Shown piece after piece: positions 41,901 to 55,700 of a DNA stretch of 64,000 nt (position 1 is the first letter of the stretch; each line of letters opens with the position of its first letter). The notes under the pieces are model-generated. The model ran no database searches, was not told the DNA's origin, and saw nothing but the letters and a program-made list of their open reading frames with translations. The stretch lies in assembly GCA_963920595.1 (NCBI GenBank), contig OY986950.1, positions 1-64,000 of the forward strand, given 5' to 3'. Made by a program: the position numbers and the translations under genes. The stretch is from Eimeria praecox. Its lineage: Eukaryota.

Positions 41901-44900
41901 ACGAACAAAATACTTCGCCTCCCATCATCAACCAACGCTTCCTACAACCCGTCACACACCAAGTCCCAGACGCCCACTCAGACAACCACACAATCCAACA
42001 ACAAAATGCAACACAACCTTATCCCCATCCAAGCTACCATACGCACTTCCTTTAGCGCACACATGCCCTCCTCAAAACATTCAACACTCCATCGCCCACT
42101 CAACAACCGTTGCGTTCCTCCCATAAACGATCCTCAGCACCCACCATCACACATTCCCGTGCACCAACCATCAACACGCCAACACAAATTAAAACCCTCC
42201 GAGCAAACCCATGCCACTGCTGCAATCACTCCACTCACTGCCACTCACTCGCCTTCGACAAAAAAAATTCCCTCAGCAGCATTCCAAACAAACCGCACAC
42301 GAACCATTTCGCCTTTACCCTGCGCGCCCCACAATTCAATGGATGCATCTCGATCGACACCTGCTACAACTCCTCCCAGCCCTCATATCAAACTCTCTAA
42401 ACATCCCCCCTGACGCACCGCCATGCCAACCCTCAACAAATCCAGCACCGGACAGTCTAAACGGCCCTACTAACACACCGCTATCCACCCCCAACAGACT
42501 GTTACGCCTCCGCAGAACCCCCACAACTCAACGTCACATGACCTCTGCGCCTCGTATCCATGCTCACTCATGCTCTACACTATGCAATACCGTCACACTG
42601 CATGCAGATCAATAAAAGACGCACTTCCTGCTGCAAACCAACAACAAACGAAATATTTCGCCTCCCATCATCAACCAACTCATCCTACAACCCGCCACAC
42701 ACCAACTCCCAGACACCCACACAGACAATCACACAAGCCAACAACAAAATGCAACACAACCTTATCCCCATCCAAGCTACCACACGCACTTCCTTTAGCG
42801 CACACATGCCCTCCTCAACGCATTCCACACTCCATCGCCCACTCAACAACCGTTGCGTTCCTCCCAAAAACGATCCTCAGCACCCATCATCACACATTCC
42901 CCTGCACCAACCATCAACACGCAGACACAAATTAAAACCCTCCGAGCAAACCCATGCAAGTGCTGCAATCACTCCACTCACTGCCACTCACTCGCCTTCG
43001 ACAAAACAATTCCCTCAGCAGCATTCCAAACAAGCCGCACACGAACCATTTGGCCTTTACCCTGCGCGCCCCACAATTCAATGGATGCATCTCGATCGAC
43101 ACCTGCTACAACTCCTCCCAGCCCTCATATCAAACTCTCTAAACATCGCCACTGACGCACGCCCATTCCAACCTTCAACAAATCCAGCACCGGACATTCT
43201 AAACGGCCCTACTAACACACCACTATCCACGCCCAACAGACTGTTACGCCTCCGCAGAACCCTCACAACTCAACGTCGCATGACCTCCGCGCCTCATATC
43301 CATACTCACTCATGCCCTACACTATGCAATACCGTCACACTGCATGCAGATCAATAAACGACACACTTGCTGCTGCAAACCAACAACAAACAAAATACTT
43401 CGCCTCCCATCATCAACCAACTCATCCTACAACCCGCCACACACCAACTCCCAGACGCCCACACAGACAATCACACAAGCCCACAACAAAATGCAACACA
43501 ACCTTATCCCCCTACAAGCTACCATACGCACTTCCTTTAGCACACACATGCCCTCCCCAACACATTCCACACTCCATCGCCCACTCAACAACCCTTGCGA
43601 TCCCCCCAAAAAACGATCCTCAGCACCCATCATCACATTTTCTCGTGCACCAACCATCAACACGCAAACACAAATTAAAACCCTCCGAGCAAACCCAGGC
43701 CACTGCTGCAGTCACTCCATTCACTGCCACTCACTCGCCTTCGACAAAACAATTCCCTCAGCAGCATTCCAAACAAACCGCACACGAACCATTTGGCCTT
43801 TACCCTGCGCGCCCCACAATTCAATGGATGCATCTCGATCGACACCTGCTACAACTCCTCCCAGCCCTCATGTCAAACTCTCTAAACATCACCCCTGACG
43901 CACGGCCATGCCAACCCTCAACAAATCCAGCACCGGACAGTCTAAACGGCCCTACTAACACACCGCTATCCACGCCCAAAAGACTGTTACGCCAACGCAG
44001 TACCCCCACAACTCAACGTCACATGACCTCCGCGCCTCGTATCCATACTCACTCATGCCCTACACTATGCAATACCGTCACACTGCATGCAGATCAATAA
44101 ACGACACACTTGCTGCTGCAAACCAACAACAAACAAAATACTTCGCCTCCCATCATCAACCAACTCATCCTACAACCCGCCACACACCAACTCCCAGACG
44201 CCCACACAGACAATCACACAAGCCCACAACAAAATGCAACACAACCTTATCCCCCTACAAGCTACCATACGCACTTCCTTTAGCGCACACATGCCCTCCC
44301 CAACACATTCCACACTCCACCGCCCACTCAACAACCGTTGCTATAACCCCAAAAAACGATCCTCAGCACCCATCATCACATTTTCTCGTGCACCAACCAT
44401 CAACACGCAAACACAAATTAAAACCCTCCGAGCAAACCCATGCAAATGCTGCAATCACTCCACTCACTGCCACTCACTCGCCTTCGACAAAACAATTCCC
44501 TCAGCAGCATTCCAAACAAACCGCACACGAACCATTTCGCCTTTACCCTGCGCGCCCCACACAATTCAATGGATGCATCTCGATCGACACCTGCTACAAC
44601 TCCTCCCAGCCCTCATATCAAACTCTCTAAACATCGCCCCTGACGCACGGCCATGCCAACCCTCAACAAATCCAGCACCGGACAGTCTAAACGGCCCTAC
44701 TAACACACCGCTATCCACGCCCAAAAGACTGTTACGCCAACGCAGAACTCAACGTCACATGACCTCTGCGCCTCGTATCCATGCTCACTCATGCCCTACA
44801 CTATGCAATACCGTCACACTGCATGCAGATCAATAAAAGACACACTTCCTGCTGCAAACCAACAACAAACAAAATACTTCGCCTCCCATCATCAACCAAC

Positions 44901-46274
44901 TCATCCTACAACCCGCCACACACCAACTCCCAGACGCCCACACAGACAATCACACAAGCCAACAACAAAATGCAACACAACCTTATCCCCATCCAAGCTA
45001 CCCAACGCACTTCCTTTAGCGCACGCATGCCCTCCCCAACACATTCCACACTCCATCGCCCACTCAACAACCGTTGCGATCCCCCCAAAAAACGATCCTC
45101 AGCACCCATCATCACATTTTCTCGTGCACCAACCATCAACACGCAAACACAAATTAAAACCCTCCGAGCAAACCCAGGCCACTGCTGCAGTCACTCCATT
45201 CACTGCCACTCACTCGCCTTCGACAAAACAATTCCCTCAGCAGCATTCCAAACAAACCGCACACGAACCATTTGGCCTTTACCCTGCGCGCACCACAATT
45301 CAATGGATGCATCTCGATCGACACCTGCTACAACTCCTCCCAGCCCTCATCAAACTCTCTAAGCATCGCCCCTGACGCACGGCCATGCCAACCCTCAACA
45401 AATCCAGCACCGGACAGTCTAAACGGCCCTACTAACACACCGCTATCCACGCCCAAAAGACTGTTACGCCAACGCAGTACCCCCACAACTCAACGTCACA
45501 TGACCTCCGCGCCTCGTATCCATACTCACTCATGCCCTACACTATGCAATACCGTCACACTGCATGCAGATCAATAAAAGACACACTTCCTGCTGCAAAC
45601 CAACAACAAACAAAATACTTCGCCTCCCATCATCAACCAACTCATCCTACAACCCGCCACACACCAACTCCCAGACGCCCACACAGACAATCACACAAGC
45701 CCACAACAAAATGCAACACAACCTTATCCCCCTACAAGCTACCATACGCACTTCCTTTAGCACACACATGCCCTCCCCAACACATTCCACACTCCATCGC
45801 CCACTCAACAACCCTTGCGATCCCCCCAAAAAACGATCCTCAGCACCCATCATCACATTTTCTCGTGCACCAACCATCAACACGCAAACACAAATTAAAA
45901 CCCTCCGAGCAAACCCATGCCACTGCTGCAATCACTCCACTCACTGCCACTCACTCGCCTTCGACAAAACAATTCCCTCAGCAGCATTCCAAACAAACCG
46001 CACACGAACCATTTGGCCTTTACCCTGCGCGCCCCACAATTCAATGGATGCATCTCGATCGACACCTGCTGCAACTCCCCCCAGCCCTCATGTCAAACTC
46101 TCTAAACATCACCCCTGACGCACGGCCATGCCAACCCTCAACAAATCCAGCACCGGACAGTCTAAACGGCCCTACTAACACACCGCTATCCACGCCCAAA
46201 AGACTGTTACGCCAACGCAGTACCCCCACAACTCAACGTCACATGACCTCCGCGCCTCGTATCCATACTCACTC

Positions 46275-46750
46275 ATGCCCTACACTATGCAATACCGTCA
46301 CACTGCATGCAGATCAATAAACGACACACTTGCTGCTGCAAACCAACAACAAACGAAATACTTCGCCTCCATTACCAACCCATCCTAAACCCATGCCACT
46401 GCTGCAATCACTCCACTCACTGCCACTCACTCGCCTTCGACAAAACAATTCCCTCAGCAGCATTCCAAACAAACCGCACACGAACCATTTGGCCTTTACC
46501 CTGCGCGCCCCACACAATTCAATGGATGCATCTCGATCGACACCTGCTACAACTCCTCCCAGCCCTCATCAAACTCTCTAAGCATCGCCCCTGACGCACG
46601 GCCATGCCAACCCTCAACAAATCCAGCACCGGACAGTCTAAACGGCCCTACTAACACACCGCTATCCACGCCCAAAAGACTGTTACGCCAACGCAGTACC
46701 CCCACAACTCAACGTCACATGACCTCCGCGCCTCGTATCCATACTCACTC
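46275..46750 (+). repeat. Short satellite unit (476 bp), same deletion junction
   Basis: CCATCCTAAACCCATGCC at ~46380-46397. It shares the private variant GCCTCCATTACCAACCC with the unit at 32458. Confidence 0.95.
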
Positions 46751-49700
46751 ATGCCCTACACTATGCAATACCGTCACACTGCATGCAGATCAATAAAAGA
46801 CACACTTCCTGCTGCAAACCAACAACAAACAAAATACTTCGCCTCCCATCATCAACCAACTCATCCTACAAACCGCCACACACCAACTCCCAGACGCTCA
46901 CACAGAGAATCACACAAGCCCACAACAAAATGCAACACAACCTTATCCCCCTACAAGCTACCATACGCACTTCCTTTAGCACACACATGCCCTCCCCAAC
47001 ACATTCCACACTCCATCGCCCACTCAACAACCCTTGCGATCCCCCCAAAAAACGATCCTCAGCACCCATCATCACATTTTCTCGTGCACCAACCATCAAC
47101 ACGCAAACACAAATTAAAACCCTCCGAGCAAACCCATGCAAATGCTGCAATCACTCCACTCACTGCCACTCACTCGCCTTCGACAAAACAATTTCCTCAG
47201 CAGCATTCCAAACAAACCGCACACGAACCATTTGGCCTTTACCTTGCGCGCCCCACACAATTCAATGGATGCATCTCGATCGACACCTGCTACAACTCCT
47301 CCCAGCCCTCATATCAAACTCTCTAAACATTGCCCCTGACGCACCGCCATGCCAACCCTCAACAAATCCAGCACCGGACAGTCTAAACGGCCCTACTAAC
47401 ACACCGCTATCCACGCCCAAAAGACTGTTACGCCAACGCAGAACTCAACGTCACGCGACCTCCGCGCCTCATATTCATACGCATTCATGCTCTACACTAT
47501 GCAATACCGTCACACTGCATGCAGATCAATAAAAGACACACTTCCTGATGCGCCTGAACAACGAACAAAATACTTCGCCTCCCATCATCAACCAACGCTT
47601 CCTACAACCCGTCACACACCAAGTCCCAGACGCCCACTCAGACAACCACACAATCCAACAACAAAATGCAACACAACCTTATCCCCATCCAAGCTACCAT
47701 ACGCACTTCCTTTAGCGCACACATGCCCTCCTCAAAACATTCAACACTCCATCGCCCACTCAACAACCGTTGCGTTCCTCCCATAAACGATCCTCAGCAC
47801 CCACCATCACACATTCCCGTGCACCAACCATCAACACGCCAACACAAATTAAAACCCTCCGAGCAAACCCATGCCACTGCTGCAATCACTCCACTCACTG
47901 CCACTCACTCGCCTTCGACAAAAAAAATTCCCTCAGCAGCATTCCAAACAAACCGCACACGAACCATTTCGCCTTTACCCTGCGCGCCCCACAATTCAAT
48001 GGATGCATCTCGATCGACACCTGCTACAACTCCTCCCAGCCCTCATATCAAACTCTCTAAACATCCCCCCTGACGCACCGCCATGCCAACCCTCAACAAA
48101 TCCAGCACCGGACAGTCTAAACGGCCCTACTAACACACCGCTATCCACCCCCAACAGACTGTTACGCCTCCGCAGAACCCCCACAACTCAACGTCACATG
48201 ACCTCTGCGCCTCGTATCCATGCTCACTCATGCTCTACACTATGCAATACCGTCACACTGCATGCAGATCAATAAAAGACGCACTTCCTGCTGCAAACCA
48301 ACAACAAACGAAATACTTCGCCTCCCATCATCAACCAACTCATCCTACAACCCGCCACACACCAACTCCCAGACACCCACACAGACAATCACACAAGCCA
48401 ACAACAAAATGCAACACAACCTTATCCCCATCCAAGCTACCACACGCACTTCCTTTAGCGCACACATGCCCTCCTCAACGCATTCCACACTCCATCGCCC
48501 ACTCAACAACCGTTGCGTTCCTCCCAAAAACGATCCTCAGCACCCATCATCACACATTCCCCTGCACCAACCATCAACACGCAAACACAAATTAAAACCC
48601 TCCGAGCAAACCCATGCAAATGCTGCAATCACTCCACTCACTGCCACTCACTCGCCTTCGACAAAACAATTTCCTCAGCAGCATTCCAAACAAACCGCAC
48701 ACGAACCATTTGGCCTTTACCTTGCGCGCCCCACACAATTCAATGGATGCATCTCGATCGACACCTGCTACAACTCCTCCCAGCCCTCATATCAAACTCT
48801 CTAAACATCGCCCCTGACGCACCGCCATGCCAACCCTCAACAAATCCAGCACCGGACAGTCTAAACGGCCCTACTAACACACCGCTATCCACGCCCAAAA
48901 GACTGTTACGCCAACGCAGAACTCAACGTCACGCGACCTCCGCGCCTCATATTCATACGCATTCATGCTCTACACTATGCAATACCGTCACACTGCATGC
49001 AGATCAATAAAAGACACACTTCCTGATGCGCCTGAACAACGAACAAAATACTTCGCCTCCCATCATCAACCAACGCTTCCTACAACCCGTCACACACCAA
49101 GTCCCAGACGCCCACTCAGACAACCACACAATCCAACAACAAAATGCAACACAACCTTATCCCCATCCAAGCTACCATACGCACTTCCTTTAGCGCACAC
49201 ATGCCCTCCTCAAAACATTCAACACTCCATCGCCCACTCAACAACCGTTGCGTTCCTCCCATAAACGATCCTCAGCACCCACCATCACACATTCCCGTGC
49301 ACCAACCATCAACACGCCAACACAAATTAAAACCCTCCGAGCAAACCCATGCCACTGCTGCAATCACTCCACTCACTGCCACTCACTCGCCTTCGACAAA
49401 AAAAATTCCCTCAGCAGCATTCCAAACAAACCGCACACGAACCATTTCGCCTTTACCCTGCGCGCCCCACAATTCAATGGATGCATCTCGATCGACACCT
49501 GCTACAACTCCTCCCAGCCCTCATATCAAACTCTCTAAACATCCCCCCTGACGCACCGCCATGCCAACCCTCAACAAATCCAGCACCGGACAGTCTAAAC
49601 GGCCCTACTAACACACCGCTATCCACCCCCAACAGACTGTTACGCCTCCGCAGAACCCCCACAACTCAACGTCACATGACCTCTGCGCCTCGTATCCATG

Positions 49701-52700
49701 CTCACTCATGCTCTACACTATGCAATACCGTCACACTGCATGCAGATCAATAAAAGACGCACTTCCTGCTGCAAACCAACAACAAACGAAATACTTCGCC
49801 TCCCATCATCAACCAACTCATCCTACAACCCGCCACACACCAACTCCCAGACACCCACACAGACAATCACACAAGCCAACAACAAAATGCAACACAACCT
49901 TATCCCCATCCAAGCTACCACACGCACTTCCTTTAGCGCACACATGCCCTCCTCAACGCATTCCACACTCCATCGCCCACTCAACAACCGTTGCGTTCCT
50001 CCCAAAAACGATCCTCAGCACCCATCATCACACATTCCCCTGCACCAACCATCAACACGCAGACACAAATTAAAACCCTCCGAGCAAACCCATGCAAGTG
50101 CTGCAATCACTCCACTCACTGCCACTCACTCGCCTTCGACAAAACAATTCCCTCAGCAGCATTCCAAACAAGCCGCACACGAACCATTTGGCCTTTACCC
50201 TGCGCGCCCCACAATTCAATGGATGCATCTCGATCGACACCTGCTACAACTCCTCCCAGCCCTCATATCAAACTCTCTAAACATCGCCACTGACGCACGG
50301 CCATGCCAAAATTCAACAAATCCAGCACCGGACAGTCTAAACGGCCCTACTAACACACCACTATCCACGCCCAACAGACTGTTACGCCTCCGCAGAACCC
50401 TCACAACTCAACGTCGCATGACCTCCGCGCCTCATATCCATACTCACTCATGCCCTACACTATGCAATACCGTCACACTGCATGCAGATCAATAAAGACA
50501 CACTTGCTGCTGCAAACCAACAATAAACAAAATACTTCGCCTCCCATCATCAACCAAGTCATCCTACAAACCGCCACACACCAACGCCCAGACGCCCACA
50601 CAGACAATCACACAATCCAACAACAAAATGCAACACAACCTTATCCCCCTACAAGCTACCATACGCACTTCCTTTAGCGCACACATGCCCTCCCCAACAC
50701 ATTCCACACTCCATCGCCCACTCATTAACCGTTGCGTTCCTCCCCAAAACGATCCTCAGCACCCACCATCACACATTCCCGTGCACCAACCATCAACACG
50801 CAAACACAAATTAAAACCCTCCGAGCAAACCCATGCCACTGCTGCAATCACTCCACTCACTGCCACTCACTCGCCTTCGACAAAACAATTCCCTCAGCAG
50901 CATTCCAAACAAGCCGCACACGAACCATTTGGCCTTTACCCTGCGCGCCCCACAATTCAATGGATGCATCTCGATCGACACCTGCTACAACTCCTCCCAG
51001 CCCTCATATCAAACTCTCTAAACATCGCCCCTGACGCGCGGCCATGCCACAATTCAACAAATCCAGCACCGGACAGTCTAAACGGCCCTACTAACACACC
51101 GCTATCCACGCCCAACAGACTGTTACGCCTCCGCAGAACTCAACGTCACATGACCTCCGCGCCTCATATCCATATTCCTTTATGCTCTACACTATGCAAT
51201 ACCGTCACACTGCATGCAGGTCAATAAAGACACACTTGCTGCTGCAAACCAACAACAAACAAAATACTTCGCCTCCCATCATCAACCAACTCATCCTACA
51301 ACCCGCCACACACCAACTCCCAGACACCCACACAGACAATCACACAAGCCAACAACAAAATGCAACACAACCTTATCCCCATCCAAGCTACCATACGCAC
51401 TTCCTTTAGCGCACACATGCCCTCCCCAACGCATTCCACACTCCATCGCCCACTCAACAACCGTTGCGCGCCCCCCAAAACGATATTCAACACCCATCAT
51501 CACATTTTCTCGTGCACCAATCATCAACGCGCAAACACAAATTAAAAACCTCGGAGCAAACCCATGCAAATGCTGCAATCACTCCACTCACTGCCACTCA
51601 CTCGCCTTCGACAAAACAATTCCCTCAGCAGCATTCCAAACAAACCGCACACGAACCATTTGGCCTTTACCCTGCGCGCCCCACAATTCAATGGATGCAT
51701 CTCGATCGACACCTGCTACAACTCCTCCCAGCCCTCATATCAAACTCTCTAAACATCGCCCCTGACGCACGGCCATGCCAACCCTCAACAAATCCAGCAC
51801 CGCACATTCTAAACGGCCCTACTAACACACCACTATCCACGCCCAACAGACTGTTACGCCTCCGCAGAACCCTCACAACTCAACGTCACATGACCTCCGC
51901 GCCTCATATCCATACTCTTTCATGCCCTACACTATGCAATACCGTCACACTGCATGCAGATCAATAAACGACACACTTGCTGCTGCAAACCAACAATAAA
52001 CAGAATACATCGCCTCCGATCACCAACCAACTCATCCTACAACCCGCCACACACCAACGCCCAGACGCCCACACAGACAATCACACAAGCCAACAACAAA
52101 ATGCAACACAACCTTATCCCCATCCAAGCTACCACACGCACTTCCTTTAGCGCACACATGCCCTCCCCAACACATTCCACACTCCATCGCCCACTCAACA
52201 ACCGTTGCGTTCCTCCTCAAAACGATCCTCAGCACCCATCATCACACATTCCCGTGCACCAACCATCAACACGCAAACACAAATTAAAACCCTCCGAGCA
52301 AACCCATGCAAATGCTGCAATCACTCCACTCACTGCCACTCACTCGCCTTCGACAAAAAAATTCCCTCAGCAGCATTCCAAACAAACCGCACACGAACCA
52401 TTTGGCCTTTACCTTGCGCGCCCCACAATTCAATGGATGCATCTCGATCGACACCTGCTACAACTCCTCCCAGCCCTCATATCAAACTCTCAAATCACCA
52501 CCGCTGACGCACGGCCATGCCACAATTCAACAAATCCAGCACCGGGCATTCTAAACGGCCCTACTAACACACCGCTATCCACGCCCAAAAGACTGTTACG
52601 CCTCCGCAGAACTCAACGTCACGCGACCTCCGCGCCTCATATCCATACGCATTCATGCTCTACACTATGCAATACCGTCACACTGCATGCAGATCAATAA

Positions 52701-55700
52701 AAGACACACTGGCTGCTGCAAACCAACAACAAACAAAATACTTCGCCTCCCATCATCAACCAACTCATCCTACAACCCGCCACACACCAACTCCCAGACA
52801 CCCACACAGACAATCACACAAGCCAACAACAAAGTGCAACACAACCTTATCCCCATCCAAGCTACCATACGCACTTCCTTTAGCGCACACATGCCCTCCC
52901 CAACGCATTCCACACTCCATCGCCCACTCAACAACCGTTGCGCGCCCCCCAAAACGATCCTCAACACCCATCATCACATTTTCTCGTGCACCAATCATCA
53001 ACGCGCAAACACAAATTAAAAACCTCGGAGCAAACCCATGCAAATGCTGCAATCAGTCCACTCACTGCCACTCACTCGCCTTCGACAAAACAATTCCCTC
53101 AGCAGCATTCCAAACAAACCGCACACGAACCATTTGGCCTTTACCCTGCGCGCCCCACAATTCAATGGATGCATCTCGATCGACACCTGCTACAACTCCT
53201 CCCAGCCCTCATATCAAACTCTCTAAACATCGCCACTGACGCACGGCCATGCCAAAATTCAACAAATCCAGCACCGGACATTCTAAACGGCCCTACTAAC
53301 ACACCACTATCCACGCCCAACAGACTGTTACGCCTCCGCAGAACCCTCACAACTCAACGTCACATGGCCTCCGCGCCTCATATCCATACTCTTTCATGCC
53401 CTACACTATGCAATACCGTCACACTGCATGCAGATCAATAAAGACACACTTGCTGCTGCAAACCAACAATAAACAGAATACATCGCCTCCCATCACCAAC
53501 CAACTCATCCTACAACCCGCCACACACCAACGCCCAGACGCCCACACAGACAATCACACAAGCCAACAACAAAATGCAACACAACCTTATCCCCATCCAA
53601 GCTACCACACGCACTTCCTTTAGCGCACACATGCCCTCCCCAACACATTCCACACTCCATCGCCCACTCAACAACCGTTGCGTTCCTCCTCAAAACGATC
53701 CTCAGCACCCATCATCACACATTCCCGTGCACCAACCATCAACACGCAAACACAAATTAAAACCCTCCGAGCAAACCCATGCCACTGCTGCAATCACTCC
53801 ACTCACTGCCACTCACTCGCCTTCGACAAAAAAATTCCCTCAGCAGCATTCCAAACAAACCGCACACGAACCATTTGGCCTTTACCTTGCGCGCCGCACA
53901 ATTCAATGGATGCATCTCGATCGACACCTGCTACAACTCCTCCCAGCCCTCATATCAAACTCTCAAATCACCACCGCTGACGCACGGCCATGCCACAATT
54001 CAACAAATCCAGCACCGGGCATTCTAAACGGCCCTACTAACACACCGCTATCCACGCCCAAAAGACTGTTACGCCTCCGCAGAACTCAACGTCACGCGAC
54101 CTCCGCGCCTCATATCCATACGCATTCATGCTCTACACTATGCAATACCGTCACACTGCATGCAGATCAATAAAAGACACACTGGCTGCTGCAAACCAAC
54201 AACAAACAAAATACGTCGCCTCCCATCATCAACCAACTCATCCTACAACCCGCCACACACCAACTCCCAGACACCCACACAGACAATCACACAAGCCCAC
54301 AACAAAGTGCAACACAACCTTATCCCCATCCAAGCTACCCAACGCACTTCCTTTAGCGCACACATGCCCTCCCCAACGCATTCCACACTCCATCGCCCAC
54401 TCAACAACCGTTGCGCGCCCCCCAAAACGATCCTCAACACCCATCATCACATTTTCTCGTGCACCAATCATCAACGCGCAAACACAAATTAAAAACCTCG
54501 GAGCAAACCCATGCAAATGCTGCAATCACTCCACTCACTGCCACTCACTCGCCTTCGACAAAACAATTCCCTCAGCAGCATTCCAAACAAACCGCACACG
54601 AACCATTTGGCCTTTACCCTGCGCGCCCCACAATTCAATGGATGCATCTCGATCGACACCTGCTACAACTCCTCCCAGCCCTCATATCAAACTCTCTAAA
54701 CATCGCCCCTGACGCACGGCCATGCCAACCCTCAACAAATCCAGCACCGCACATTCTAAACGGCCCTACTAACACACCGCTATCCACGCCCAAAAGACTG
54801 TTACGCCAACGCAGTACCCCCACAACTCAACGTCACATGACCTCCGCACCTCATATCCATACTCTTTCATGCCCTACACTATGCAATACCGTCACACTGC
54901 ATGCAGATCAATAAAAGACACACTCGCTGCTGCAAACCAACAACAAACAAAATACGTCGCCTCCCATCACCAACCAACCCATCCTACAACCCGTCACACA
55001 CCAACTCCCAGACGCCCACACGCACAATCACACAATCCAACAACAAAATGCAACACAACCTTATCCCCACCCAAGCTACCATACGCACTTCCTTTAGCGC
55101 ACACATGCCCTCCCCAACACATTCCACACTCCATCGCCCACTCAACAACCGTTGCCCTCCCCCCAAAAAACGATCCTCAGCACCCATCATCACATTTTCT
55201 CGTGCACCAACCATCAACACGCAAACACAAATTAAAACCCTCCGAGCAAACCCATGCCACTGCTGCAATCACTCCACTCACTGCCACTCACTCGCCTTCG
55301 ACAAAACAATTCCCTCAGCAGCATTCCAAACAAACCGCACACGAACCATTTGGCCTTTACCTTGCGCGCCCCACACAATTCAATGGATGCATCTCGATCG
55401 ACACCTGCTACAACTCCTCCCAGCCCTCATATCAAACTCTCTAAACATCGCCCCTGACGCACCGCCATGCCAACCCTCAACAAATCCAGCACCGGACATT
55501 CTAAACGGCCCTACTAACACACCGCTATCCACGCCCAAAAGACTGTTACGCCTCCGCAGAACTCAACGTCACGCGACCTCCGCGCCTCATATCCATACTC
55601 TTTCATGCTCTACACTATGCAATACCGTCACACTGCATGCAGATCAATAAAAGACACACTGGCTGCTGCAAACCAACAACAAACAAAATACGTCGCCTCC

